From a virus (Duplodnaviria > Caudoviricetes), in the IMG/VR virus record IMGVR_UViG_3300025718_000009, positions 1-52,871 of that record: a stretch of DNA of 52,871 nucleotides. One strand, given 5' to 3'. Positions 39,997-48,478 of the stretch are shown here, piece by piece; position 1 is the stretch's first letter; each line of letters begins with the position of its first letter. The notes below the pieces were generated by a model. That model had not been told where the DNA came from and searched no databases. It saw nothing but the letters and a program-made list of their open reading frames with translations. The position numbers and the translations under genes were made by a program.

Positions 39997-40023
39997 GACA
40001 CCGTATTTATGCGGTGTCTTTTT
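39997..40023 (+). terminator. Intrinsic terminator
   Basis: GACACCGTA-TTTA-TGCGGTGTC-TTTTT. Confidence 0.65.
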
Positions 40024-40059
40024 CATGGGTATCAACGAGAGGGGAAAGAGGGCTGTGAA

Positions 40060-40413
40060 ATGGCAGAGGCGGTAGATCTAGAGGTAAAGATGGCCGTAAT
40101 GGAAGTGCGTATATCCGAGATTGTTAATCCTCTAGCAACTAAGATTGATAAGCTAACTGACAGCGTAAACAGCATGAATATTGCCTTCTCCGATATGAAA
40201 AATAATTTTGTGGGTAAGGAAGAGTTTAAGACAACATGCACTGACTACGACAAGCAATTTGAGGTAGCCAAGATCCAAAACGATAAAGAGCTTGAAAAAG
40301 TAAAATCTGGCCAGAAAAGCGTAATTCGTTCGGCAGTTACAGCAACCGTCGCGCTGGTCGTTTTTTTACTTCAGCAACTTTTTAATATTCACATTAAGGT
40401 AGGAGGAGGATGA
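40060..40413 (+). CDS. XhlA-like/holin-accessory coiled-coil protein with C-terminal TM helix
   Basis: Coiled coil + TM; precedes endolysin. Confidence 0.6.
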   Translation: MAEAVDLEVKMAVMEVRISEIVNPLATKIDKLTDSVNSMNIAFSDMKNNFVGKEEFKTTCTDYDKQFEVAKIQNDKELEKVKSGQKSVIRSAVTATVALVVFLLQQLFNIHIKVGGG

Positions 40414-41273
40414 TTATGAAAGCAGTAGTTAATTTCGGGCATGGTCCAAAGAATGTTGGATTCGATCCGGGGGCCGTGGGATCTGACGGATACCAAGAAG
40501 CCACTGTAACTCGCAATGTCGGGAGCAAGGTCGTCACAAAGCTAAAGGCGAACGGATGGAACGTTCTCGCCATTCAAGACGGGGATCTCCCAGACGTAAC
40601 CAACCAAGCAAACGCCTTTAAGCCAGACTACTTTGTTTCTATTCACGCTGACTCGTTCGCTACCCCGGATGCACACGGCATTACTACTTTCGCATTATCC
40701 CCAGGGGGCAAAGGGCAAAACATAGCACAGGCAATTCAAAATGATTTAGTTGCTGCAACGGGCCTGACCGATCGAGGAGTTAAGTTTGAGGGCTTATGGG
40801 TTCTAAGAAAAACCGATTGCCCCGCCGTACTCGTTGAGATTGGGTTTATTTCGAATCCTGCCGAAGAAGCTCTCATGAAACAGGATGCCTGGGATGATAA
40901 GGTGGCCAACGCGATCGCCAAGGGATTCAGTCGGGCTGTGGGTGCTGCTTATTCAGGATCTATTCCAGCCGCCGTGGTCGCTCCGGTTCCAGTTACTTCA
41001 ATAAAGAAAGAGGATGATTTTGTGTTAGAAACCGCGATTGTTGTTTATGGACCCGATGATCTTGTTTCGGCTCGCCGTGTTGCTGTAGTTAAAGGCGGAT
41101 GTGCTATATTTATCCGTTCAGCGGACGGGAAAGCTCCTTTAGACGTGTTTAAAGCAAAGCAACTCATAATCATCGGTGGCGCGACAGTCGGGCATCCGAA
41201 CGAAGTCCTAGTGACCGGAGACTCGTGGTTTAATACGGTGGCATCTGTAAATAAATTTTTAGGAGGAAAATAA
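40410..41273 (+). CDS. N-acetylmuramoyl-L-alanine amidase endolysin (Amidase_3)
   Basis: GHG..DPGA, FVSIHAD, PAVLVEIGFISN. Confidence 0.93.
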   Translation: MIMKAVVNFGHGPKNVGFDPGAVGSDGYQEATVTRNVGSKVVTKLKANGWNVLAIQDGDLPDVTNQANAFKPDYFVSIHADSFATPDAHGITTFALSPGGKGQNIAQAIQNDLVAATGLTDRGVKFEGLWVLRKTDCPAVLVEIGFISNPAEEALMKQDAWDDKVANAIAKGFSRAVGAAYSGSIPAAVVAPVPVTSIKKEDDFVLETAIVVYGPDDLVSARRVAVVKGGCAIFIRSADGKAPLDVFKAKQLIIIGGATVGHPNEVLVTGDSWFNTVASVNKFLGGK

Positions 41274-41274
41274 A

Positions 41275-41757
41275 ATGTTTGAAAAACTCAAATCTCGTAA
41301 ACTTTTAGTCTTCGTATTTACAGTCCTGGTCATTATCGCGAATTACGTGTTCGCCCTTGCAATGCCAGTGGAGAGTTTGATGTCGCTCGTTATCGCGTCC
41401 GCCTCCTATATCCTCGCCCAAGCCTATGTCGATGGTAAGACCCAACCAGTTGGAGATATCGCCACGGCGATCACGGATATTGTACATTCTCAAATCATTA
41501 AGACGCCTGTTGGAAAAACCTTACCTCTCGATGAATTAACAATTATGTTTGAAAAGATTTTAGAAGATAGATTGAGTAAATTAAATGTTTTGACGCTAGT
41601 GACTCCCGCGCCAGTTGTTTCTGACCCTGTTGATCCTGCAGCTACAATTTACATAAAAAAAGCCGCCTTTGCATTTGCAGGGCGGCTTTTTTGCGTTATT
41701 GACCTTAACATATTCTTCATACAAAGTTCATGGAACGGTAACAAACATAGATTATGA
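41275..41757 (+). CDS. Holin
   Basis: KLKSRKL, two TM helices, YILAQAYVD. Confidence 0.8.
   Translation: MFEKLKSRKLLVFVFTVLVIIANYVFALAMPVESLMSLVIASASYILAQAYVDGKTQPVGDIATAITDIVHSQIIKTPVGKTLPLDELTIMFEKILEDRLSKLNVLTLVTPAPVVSDPVDPAATIYIKKAAFAFAGRLFCVIDLNIFFIQSSWNGNKHRL
41655..41692. terminator. Bidirectional intrinsic terminator inside holin 3' end
   Basis: AAAAAAGCCGCCTTTGCA-TT-TGCAGGGCGGCTTTTTT. Confidence 0.75.
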
Positions 41758-41887
41758 TAAAATACAGATGGTTGAAATATAGACCTTCTTAGTATTCTCC
41801 TCTCCACTACCCCTCCTTGCGAGGGGACTTTTTTGATTATTTATAGAGGGAGGCCTGTGTGATTAAATGAATAATTTGACAACGCGA

Positions 41888-41914
41888 AAAGGATATTAGC
41901 GATTTATAGCGAAT
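41888..41914 (+). promoter_or_regulatory. Putative sigmaH promoter
   Basis: AGGA-17bp-GAAT (AAAGGATATT...GCGAAT). Confidence 0.5.
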
Positions 41915-41971
41915 AAATAAACGTTAATCTCTTACCCTTAATCTAATAATAGCAATCGAGGAGGAAATATT

Positions 41972-43639
41972 GTGGCTATCTCTGTATCTCCACTTAACCT
42001 TATTCTAGATGACCAAAATCCACGATTTGTTACCTTGGCTCAACGCGATCAGGCCGCTATAAGAAAATATATGAGTACTTACGAGGATGTCTGCGCGCTT
42101 GCCCAGGGGATAAATATAGGGAATGGACTTCTTCTTGGTGAGAGAATAGTTGTGATTCGAGAAAACGATGAGTATGTTGTAATGGAAGGAAATCGTAGAA
42201 CTTGTGCATTGCAATTCTTACTTGATACCAACCTTATACCCGATGCTTTTCAACATAAAATAGCCACGGCAGAAGAAGAAACTCTGACTAATATAGTTGA
42301 TATAGAAGTAGATGTGGCTCCTGACCGAAACTATGCGTTAATGCTTATGGCTAAAAGACATATCGGCGGGGTTAAGGATTGGAAACCTCTTGCCAAAAAG
42401 CAGTTTTTTGCAGGAATGTTTTTGAATGGATCAACGATTAAGGAACTTAGTGAGCGAACAGGAATTACGACGAGTAGTATTCAGACATATATAAAGGATT
42501 ATAAGTTTTTACTACTTGCTTCAAATGAATACAAGAGGTCGAATTCAGAATTTGACGAAGACCTAATTACTTATAAAATTGATACTTTTTTACGAATTTT
42601 TTCGGGCAAACAAGAGGTTGGCCCCGGCGTATATAAAGCTCCAAAGGACATCCTGAAAATAAAATACAATAATGAGCTAAATACAGAAAGCGACTTGCCT
42701 GGTGACATATTTAAGCAGATTGTTCAGCTGGTTTTTAAGGCAACGATAGTTGATAAGATAATTGGGACACGGCAAAGCTTGTTTAATGTTGCAGGTGTCA
42801 AGTTGTTATTAGATACTTTACCAACCGAAGGTGGAGGACCAACCGATGGTGGAGGACCAACCGAAGGTGAAGGACCAACCGAAAGTGGAGGACCAACCGA
42901 AGGTGAAGGACCAACCGAAGGTGAAGGACCAACCGAAGGTGGAGGACCAACCGAAGGTGGAGGACCAACCGATGGTGGAGGACCAACCGAAGGTGAAGGA
43001 CCAACCGAAGGTGAAGGACCAACCGAAGGTGAAGGACCAACCGAAGGTGGAGGACCAACCGAAGGTGGAGGACCAACCGAAAGTGGAGGACCAACCGAAG
43101 GTGAAGGACCAACTCCCGGTGGGCCCACAGGAGGGACTGGTGGTGCTTCAACAACCTTTTTTGAACATATTTCGTGGGGTGATAGGCTAATTCCTGGCAA
43201 TAGAGATCATAATGGTCTCATAGTGGCCTTAAATGAGCTGTATCTAATGTCGAGAAATAATACGAGAAAAGATAATAGAACACTTAAAGTATATGAAGCA
43301 TATCCTATTGCAGCGGGGATGTTACTGAGAACAGTATATGAACAAGCTCTGATTCTACAAATAAAGAAAAGCCAGCCACAATTATGGCAAGATTTAAAAA
43401 TAGAGTTCACGTTTCCTATGTTAAGTCACATAGAATACAAGATTGCTGCAAATATAGGGGTAGTAATGACTGATAGGGATATGTCGAGGGCATTTACTTT
43501 TATAAAGAATTCTCGTTCACGAGACTTTTTAAATGCGAATATCCATAATCCAGGGTTAATTCGGGCAACATCAGCTTCTTTGGAAGCAATGGCAAATAGC
43601 GGAATGTCGTCGCTAATCCAGCTAATAATCAACGCCTAA
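41972..43639 (+). CDS. ParB/Srx-like N-terminal domain + PTEG(G/E)G repeat linker + HEPN-like C-terminal domain
   Basis: LDDQNPRF, VVMEGNRRTCAL; AAGMLLRTVYE...RDFLNANIHNP. Confidence 0.7.
   Translation: MAISVSPLNLILDDQNPRFVTLAQRDQAAIRKYMSTYEDVCALAQGINIGNGLLLGERIVVIRENDEYVVMEGNRRTCALQFLLDTNLIPDAFQHKIATAEEETLTNIVDIEVDVAPDRNYALMLMAKRHIGGVKDWKPLAKKQFFAGMFLNGSTIKELSERTGITTSSIQTYIKDYKFLLLASNEYKRSNSEFDEDLITYKIDTFLRIFSGKQEVGPGVYKAPKDILKIKYNNELNTESDLPGDIFKQIVQLVFKATIVDKIIGTRQSLFNVAGVKLLLDTLPTEGGGPTDGGGPTEGEGPTESGGPTEGEGPTEGEGPTEGGGPTEGGGPTDGGGPTEGEGPTEGEGPTEGEGPTEGGGPTEGGGPTESGGPTEGEGPTPGGPTGGTGGASTTFFEHISWGDRLIPGNRDHNGLIVALNELYLMSRNNTRKDNRTLKVYEAYPIAAGMLLRTVYEQALILQIKKSQPQLWQDLKIEFTFPMLSHIEYKIAANIGVVMTDRDMSRAFTFIKNSRSRDFLNANIHNPGLIRATSASLEAMANSGMSSLIQLIINA
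42821..43108 (+). repeat. 16 x 18-bp coding tandem repeat CCAACCGA(A/T)(G/A)GTG(G/A)AGGA
   Basis: Directly visible; encodes PT(E/D)(G/S)(G/E)G. Confidence 0.97.
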
Positions 43640-43708
43640 AAGGCATGGCCAACTAGAAGGAATTATGATATAATTACCGATGACTTCTTGAGAAAGGGTG
43701 ATCGTTAA

Positions 43709-44593
43709 ATGCCGAAAACAACTAATCCGCTACGATACCCTGGGGCAAAAAGGCAATTAGTTCCGTATATTGAAGACCTGTTGAAATGTAACAACTTAGT
43801 TGGATGTTCATTCTACGAACCATATGCTGGTAGTGCGGCGGTGGGCTTAGACCTTTTACAAAGGGGTATAATAAGCAAGTTAGTGATTGTTGAGAAGGAT
43901 GTCTTAATATATTCTCTCTGGAAGTGTGTTTTTAATTGCTTTGATGATTTATGTAAACGTATAGAAGATACTCCAATTAGTATGGATACTTGGATTTCTC
44001 TCACTCCTTTACGCGCAGTTAACTCACCATATGACGCTGACTTATTGGATTTAGGTTTTGCTGGACTTTTCTTTAATCGTACTAATTTTTCTGGTATTAT
44101 TACTGCAAATCCCATAGGAGGGATGCAACAATCATCAGCATATAGCATCGATTGTAGATTTAATAAAGTGGTGTTAATCGATTTAATCCAGAAATTGTCC
44201 CGTTTTAGAAGCCAAGTAGAAGTACATTGGGATGATGCTTTGAATCATATGAAATCCGAGATAAAGAATCTGACCAAAGAGACAAGCTTCGTCTATTTCG
44301 ATCCACCCTATTATGAAAAAGGTAAACAAATGTATCGTCACTACTATACGAATACAGACCATAAGGCTCTTGCCGCATTTGTCAAAGAGAAAAAACAATT
44401 TGATTGGCTAATCAGTTATGATGATGCACCTTATATTTGTGGGCTTTATAGTGGCTCGGGTGCAAAGTATCAGCCCTTTTATTTAGACTATTCCGTTGCA
44501 AGGGAAACACGTTCGCGTGGAAAGGAATTATTAATATCAAACTTACCCCTACCACCACTTTCTTTGCTAGGTGCAAGTGATTTGAATTCATGA
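43709..44593 (+). CDS. DNA adenine methyltransferase, D12/Dam class
   Basis: PLRYPGAK, EPYAGSAAV, FFNRTNFSG, DPPYY. Confidence 0.93.
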   Translation: MPKTTNPLRYPGAKRQLVPYIEDLLKCNNLVGCSFYEPYAGSAAVGLDLLQRGIISKLVIVEKDVLIYSLWKCVFNCFDDLCKRIEDTPISMDTWISLTPLRAVNSPYDADLLDLGFAGLFFNRTNFSGIITANPIGGMQQSSAYSIDCRFNKVVLIDLIQKLSRFRSQVEVHWDDALNHMKSEIKNLTKETSFVYFDPPYYEKGKQMYRHYYTNTDHKALAAFVKEKKQFDWLISYDDAPYICGLYSGSGAKYQPFYLDYSVARETRSRGKELLISNLPLPPLSLLGASDLNS

Positions 44594-44627
44594 AAACCCT
44601 AATGACTCCAATAGAAGTCCTTGCTCG
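44590..44627 (+). pseudogene. 5' remnant of a homolog of 45605-45850
   Basis: MKTLMTPIEVLA vs MKTKMTPIEVLA. Confidence 0.7.
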
Positions 44628-44729
44628 CATTTGGCTCTCACCTGAAACGGTGGGGGTCTTTTTATTTTGGTAGTTGACAGATCATGTCCAAACCAGTAAA
44701 TTAGTTCCAAAGCAATAAATCGCTAGATA

Positions 44730-44966
44730 TTGAAACCGAGAGGAACGATCGCATTGCTCATACCCAAAGAAACCCTCGGCAAGCGAATAGCCCACTTTAG
44801 AAAAGAGCGTAAGTTAACCCAAGCAAAGTTAGCTACCATTACTGGGCTATATCCCAAGTACCTCAGTGATATAGAAACTGGGCGAAAGATTCCACGATTT
44901 GATACGATTTCGCGGTTAGCGGAGGGGCTCAGGGTGACGATCGGTGAGTTGGTTGGAATACGTTAG
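44730..44966 (+). CDS. XRE-family HTH regulator
   Basis: LTQAKLATITGLYPKYLSDIETGRKIP. Confidence 0.85.
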   Translation: MKPRGTIALLIPKETLGKRIAHFRKERKLTQAKLATITGLYPKYLSDIETGRKIPRFDTISRLAEGLRVTIGELVGIR

Positions 44967-44967
44967 G

Positions 44968-44998
44968 GTCCTCGGCAATGCCGGGGCTGTTTTTTTTT
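44968..44998 (+). terminator. Intrinsic terminator
   Basis: CCTCGGCA-A-TGCCGGGG then T-run. Confidence 0.6.
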
Positions 44999-45080
44999 GT
45001 TTCATGGGACAGGTTTCCCCTAACTTCGCAAGGATGTTATGAGATGATTAAGACCATCTTGAAAAGAAGGAGAGAATGAT

Positions 45081-45575
45081 GTGAACGACTTTGAAAAAAA
45101 CAGAATTTTTTTTACGGTAGCATTAATTGCTTCAAGTTTAGCCATATATTCGATTTTAAAAGATCTAGGAATGTCAATCTATGAACCCATAGTAACAATA
45201 AAATACTTTTACTGGATATTTATTGTAATATTAGGAACAGCCATCTATCTTTATGCAGTATCTTTTATTGGAGAAAATACTAGTCTAAGAAGAACTAAAA
45301 AAGTCGCTGACGGGCTATATAAAGTTGCCATTATATTACCAATACTGTATTTCTTATATTATATTGTTTGTTTTCTGATGAATTACTATTTAATTCACAA
45401 CCTGACGGATTATGGTCTTAGCTCTGTTGCTGTCACTACCGATGATTATTTATTTAATTTCCTAACGATTTTGCCACTTGCAATTTTTATGTTTATTATT
45501 GGAGTAATAGGCTTTGACATCTTAGAGGATTTTGATAAAAAAATCAAAATTAATGAAAAGAGTAAAGAAGTATAG
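45081..45575 (+). CDS. Low-GC 4-TM membrane protein (moron)
   Basis: Four hydrophobic segments; AGGAG RBS. Confidence 0.7.
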   Translation: MNDFEKNRIFFTVALIASSLAIYSILKDLGMSIYEPIVTIKYFYWIFIVILGTAIYLYAVSFIGENTSLRRTKKVADGLYKVAIILPILYFLYYIVCFLMNYYLIHNLTDYGLSSVAVTTDDYLFNFLTILPLAIFMFIIGVIGFDILEDFDKKIKINEKSKEV

Positions 45576-45604
45576 AATACTTATTAGCAAAGGAGCAAAA
45601 CACC

Positions 45605-45850
45605 ATGAAAACCAAAATGACCCCCATCGAAGTCCTAGCGCACTTCGAGAACGGAAACCCTCACCCGATCCGGTTTAAGCTCACCGATAAGGAGATCAAG
45701 ATCGAGCGGGTAGTATCGGTAACCGAAGAGAAGCTGGCGGGCAATAAGATGTTGTGCTTCAGGTGCCAGAGTGAGATCAAGGGAGAGCTGAGACCGTTTG
45801 AGATTAAGTTTGAGTTAGGGACGTGCAAGTGGTTTCTGTGGAAGATGTAG
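45605..45850 (+). CDS. Conserved hypothetical protein
   Basis: AAGGAG RBS; PIEVLAHF...PIRF...EEKLAGN...KW.L. Confidence 0.75.
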   Translation: MKTKMTPIEVLAHFENGNPHPIRFKLTDKEIKIERVVSVTEEKLAGNKMLCFRCQSEIKGELRPFEIKFELGTCKWFLWKM

Positions 45851-45882
45851 AAAAGGACCAGCGTTCATTGCTGGCCCTTTTC
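45850..45882. terminator. Bidirectional terminator
   Basis: GAAAAGGACCAGC...GCTGGCCCTTTTC between convergent genes. Confidence 0.6.
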
Positions 45883-45898
45883 CTAGTATTAAGAGTTC

Positions 45899-46090
45899 TT
45901 AGAAGATCAATCCTAAAGCAATAAGAATCAAAATAGCAACCGCAATAACTGCTACACCGACGCCGTGACCAACAACTGGCGCGACAGGGGGGCAACATAC
46001 AGGGCGACAACACGCTTGATTCATTCCACCATAACCCATTCCACCTTGACCAAATCCGCCTAAATTCATTCCTTGACCCATTCCGAACAT
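45899..46090 (-). CDS. YjcZ/SscA-like small sporulation protein
   Basis: Gly/Cys-rich N-terminus + AVIAVAILILIALG TM; GAAGGAGG RBS. Confidence 0.65.
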   Translation of the reverse strand: MFGMGQGMNLGGFGQGGMGYGGMNQACCRPVCCPPVAPVVGHGVGVAVIAVAILILIALGLIF

Positions 46091-46109
46091 AAAAATTCCC
46101 TCCTTCAAT

Positions 46110-46232
46110 TTAGAATACGATTCCCATTGCGATGAGAAGAAGAATTATAACTACAACTGCTGCGATTCCTGCACCAATGCCACGTCTTTCTTCACACCCA
46201 CAATTTTCTCTACCTTCAACGCCAAATGCCAT
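46110..46232 (-). CDS. YjcZ/SscA-like small sporulation protein
   Basis: MAFGVEGRENCGCEERRGIGAGIAAVVVIILLLIAMGIVF; AGGAGG RBS. Confidence 0.7.
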   Translation of the reverse strand: MAFGVEGRENCGCEERRGIGAGIAAVVVIILLLIAMGIVF

Positions 46233-46373
46233 TTGTTTTTCCTCCTTTGTTACGAGATAGTGCATAATATGCATAGGTTGGGATATGTGGAACAATATGG
46301 TAATAAGACAACTCCTGAGAATTTTATTGCAAATAAGATAGTCCTCAGCTTTTGTGCTAAGGACTATCTTTGG

Positions 46374-46556
46374 TTATTCTTTCTTCAGTTCGCTTACAGC
46401 TTTCTCAATTTCCCTCACGGACTCGATCAGACCCGAGTTTGCCTGCCGTACTCCATTTCTGACGGCCACCTTTATAATGTAGTAAAAGAGCGCTAGGGAT
46501 AGAAACCAGAAGGAGAGGAAGAGGAGCGTATTGGGGAGGAGGAATGTATCTCGCAT
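46374..46556 (-). CDS. Small membrane protein (DUF6019-like)
   Basis: LFYYIIKVAVRNGV; AAAGGA RBS. Confidence 0.55.
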   Translation of the reverse strand: MRDTFLLPNTLLFLSFWFLSLALFYYIIKVAVRNGVRQANSGLIESVREIEKAVSELKKE

Positions 46557-46624
46557 AAAGATCAATCCTTTCTTAGCGAAAGGCCTCGGCCCGAATGGTC
46601 GGGGGGCTTTTTGCGTACTAAGTA

Positions 46625-46822
46625 TTATATTACCTTTACCAAAACATAAGAAACACCCACTAATAAAACTGGAAAAAGAAATACAATACAACAACCCATG
46701 GAAGCGCCAGCCTTACGCTGCCTGCCTGATCTAGTTAGCGGGATACCTATTTTTCTGGAAATACGCGATTTAGCGGCAGAGATACCGAGTAATCTATTCC
46801 AAGAGAATCCGCCTTTGTTCAT
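46625..46822 (-). CDS. Small basic protein with C-terminal TM
   Basis: FSWNRLLGISAAKSRISRKIGIPLTRSGRQRK; AAGGAG RBS. Confidence 0.7.
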   Translation of the reverse strand: MNKGGFSWNRLLGISAAKSRISRKIGIPLTRSGRQRKAGASMGCCIVFLFPVLLVGVSYVLVKVI

Positions 46823-46844
46823 GAGATCTCTCCTTTGATTTTAC

Positions 46845-47303
46845 TTACTGTGGTGGATTACAGACGCTACATGGTTCGTATCCACTCTTCGCATCCGATA
46901 AGCTAATTGGGATTTTGCTCTTCGATAAGTACCGGCAACCGTCTCGGTGATACTTTGATCCGGTATTAGTTACGAATACCGCTACCCCTTGATTAGTTTG
47001 TTTGGGGGCTGGCGAAGGGGTTGCAACAGGGGGTTTGGCAGGAGATGGGGCTACAACAGCGGGCTTAGGAGTTGGGGTAGGTGCGGCAGTAACCGCAGGA
47101 GCTGGGGGTGGTGTGGGCGATGGACTAACGGTAGGAGTAGGCGTAGGAGTAGGTGCAGGGGTGCTGGCGGCTTGTGTTTGGTCTACCGCTTTTACAGGGC
47201 TTGTTGCTGGGACTGCGTTGCTAGAGCATCCGCTAACCGCCAATAATAGAGCAAGGGATATGACTGAGAATTTCATTTTCCGAAAGGCATTCAAAAGATT
47301 CAC
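46845..47303 (-). CDS. Lipoprotein with Pro/Thr stalk and C-terminal Ada-metal-binding-like domain
   Basis: Lipobox AVSGC; TGSKYHRDGCRYL...GYEPCSVC. Confidence 0.8.
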   Translation of the reverse strand: MNLLNAFRKMKFSVISLALLLAVSGCSSNAVPATSPVKAVDQTQAASTPAPTPTPTPTVSPSPTPPPAPAVTAAPTPTPKPAVVAPSPAKPPVATPSPAPKQTNQGVAVFVTNTGSKYHRDGCRYLSKSKIPISLSDAKSGYEPCSVCNPPQ

Positions 47304-47329
47304 CCCTTTTCTTTGATTTCCTCACTCAA

Positions 47330-47356
47330 ATTCAACGTGATGTATCAATTTCCTGC
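47330..47356 (-). promoter_or_regulatory. Putative sigmaH promoter
   Basis: Minus strand GCAGGAAAT...GTTGAAT, AGGA-17bp-GAAT. Confidence 0.55.
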
Positions 47357-47405
47357 CATCCGACATTATTAATGGTTTTTCGCGACAATTATGCAAGAAT
47401 TAGGT

Positions 47406-47437
47406 AATGCCTCAGCATTAATTTGCTGAGGCATTTT
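47406..47437. terminator. Hairpin terminator
   Basis: AATGCCTCAGCA-TTAATT-TGCTGAGGCATT. Confidence 0.65.
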
Positions 47438-47452
47438 TGCGTTATAGGAATC

Positions 47453-47959
47453 TTAGTTGGCTGTTATCTTATTAAAGGCAGCTTCGTATTCTTTGGCCTG
47501 TGTTGGAGTTAATGCTCCATCTATGCGTAGAAGTACATTTCCCTTAAGGTACAGATATTGTGTGAACATTGATGAGCTCTTTGATATTCCATCTACATAT
47601 GTCTCCCTAGTTTTAGCATCTTGTGGATTGGCGAAGACCTCTACTGATCCGCCAGTTGGGTAATCCTTGCTGAGTTGTTCTGTTCTCGTGTCAGCGAAGC
47701 TAACCTTGCTAGTATATTGGTTAGGTCTTCCAAGCAATTTATTTGTGTCAGTGTCTTCCGTGTAAACGACTACGCCACTCATTGTAGGTATATTGGCCTT
47801 AATGCTATTACCTATTCCCTCTGCAGTAATGACTTTAGCCGGTTGAACGGCCTCCTTGGCTGGCGCAGACGTCGAGGGAGTCGCGACTGTAGAAGAGGAT
47901 CCGCATCCCAATAACGAGATCATTAACCCGATGGATAATAAATACATAATTTTTTTCAT
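47453..47959 (-). CDS. Phage lipoprotein
   Basis: Lipobox LLGC; EDTDTNKLLGRPNQYTSK. Confidence 0.8.
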   Translation of the reverse strand: MKKIMYLLSIGLMISLLGCGSSSTVATPSTSAPAKEAVQPAKVITAEGIGNSIKANIPTMSGVVVYTEDTDTNKLLGRPNQYTSKVSFADTRTEQLSKDYPTGGSVEVFANPQDAKTRETYVDGISKSSSMFTQYLYLKGNVLLRIDGALTPTQAKEYEAAFNKITAN

Positions 47960-47962
47960 TCC

Positions 47963-48232
47963 TCATACCTCTTTCTTGATTTTACTAAGTTCCCTGATAT
48001 TGTTCTTGCCGGATGGAACCGGCGGATCACGTGACGGTTGAGAGGCTAGCCAGCGGATGTAATATTCGGCGGTAGTATCAGGAGCTGAGCATTTTTCAGC
48101 GATCCAGTTAATCAATTTATCTAGTTTCTTTTGGCTCTTGGCGGTAACAACCGGATTGTCAACGATCTTCTGGGCCATCGCTATTAGTGCCTCAAGCTCT
48201 GTGGCGTAAGTGTCATTTTCCAGACTTATCAC
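47963..48232 (-). CDS. Hypothetical protein
   Basis: Co-oriented, 3 nt upstream of lipoprotein gene. Confidence 0.5.
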   Translation of the reverse strand: MISLENDTYATELEALIAMAQKIVDNPVVTAKSQKKLDKLINWIAEKCSAPDTTAEYYIRWLASQPSRDPPVPSGKNNIRELSKIKKEV

Positions 48233-48478
48233 CTCTGACGTAGTTTACCATATTTTGAGTTATTAAATGTGGAAATTTAGGATATGACTCGCTTTTTCAG
48301 TTTTCAATAGTTTGCATTATACGTTGATTAGAACGTTTAATAGTACGTTTGCGGCCTAGTTGCTCGTCTTCAACGGTAGACAAGTTATAAAACAGCTAAA
48401 TTCAAAGGTTTTGTAATGCGAAGAAGGAGTTTAGAGGAAAACATGTAAATGTTTGACGAGTAATTTCCAGAAAAAGAT

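Noticed and set aside
42821-43108. Possible CRISPR array
   Set aside because: Contiguous 18-bp units with no unique spacers, in frame in a CDS, and no cas genes
42724-43200. Alternative-frame ORFs over the repeat (VGPPPS, LRLVLH, VEDQPK)
   Set aside because: Open only because the repeat unit lacks stops; no RBS support
46989-47316. Plus-strand Gly/Val- or Arg-rich ORFs
   Set aside because: Antisense to the Pro/Thr-rich lipoprotein
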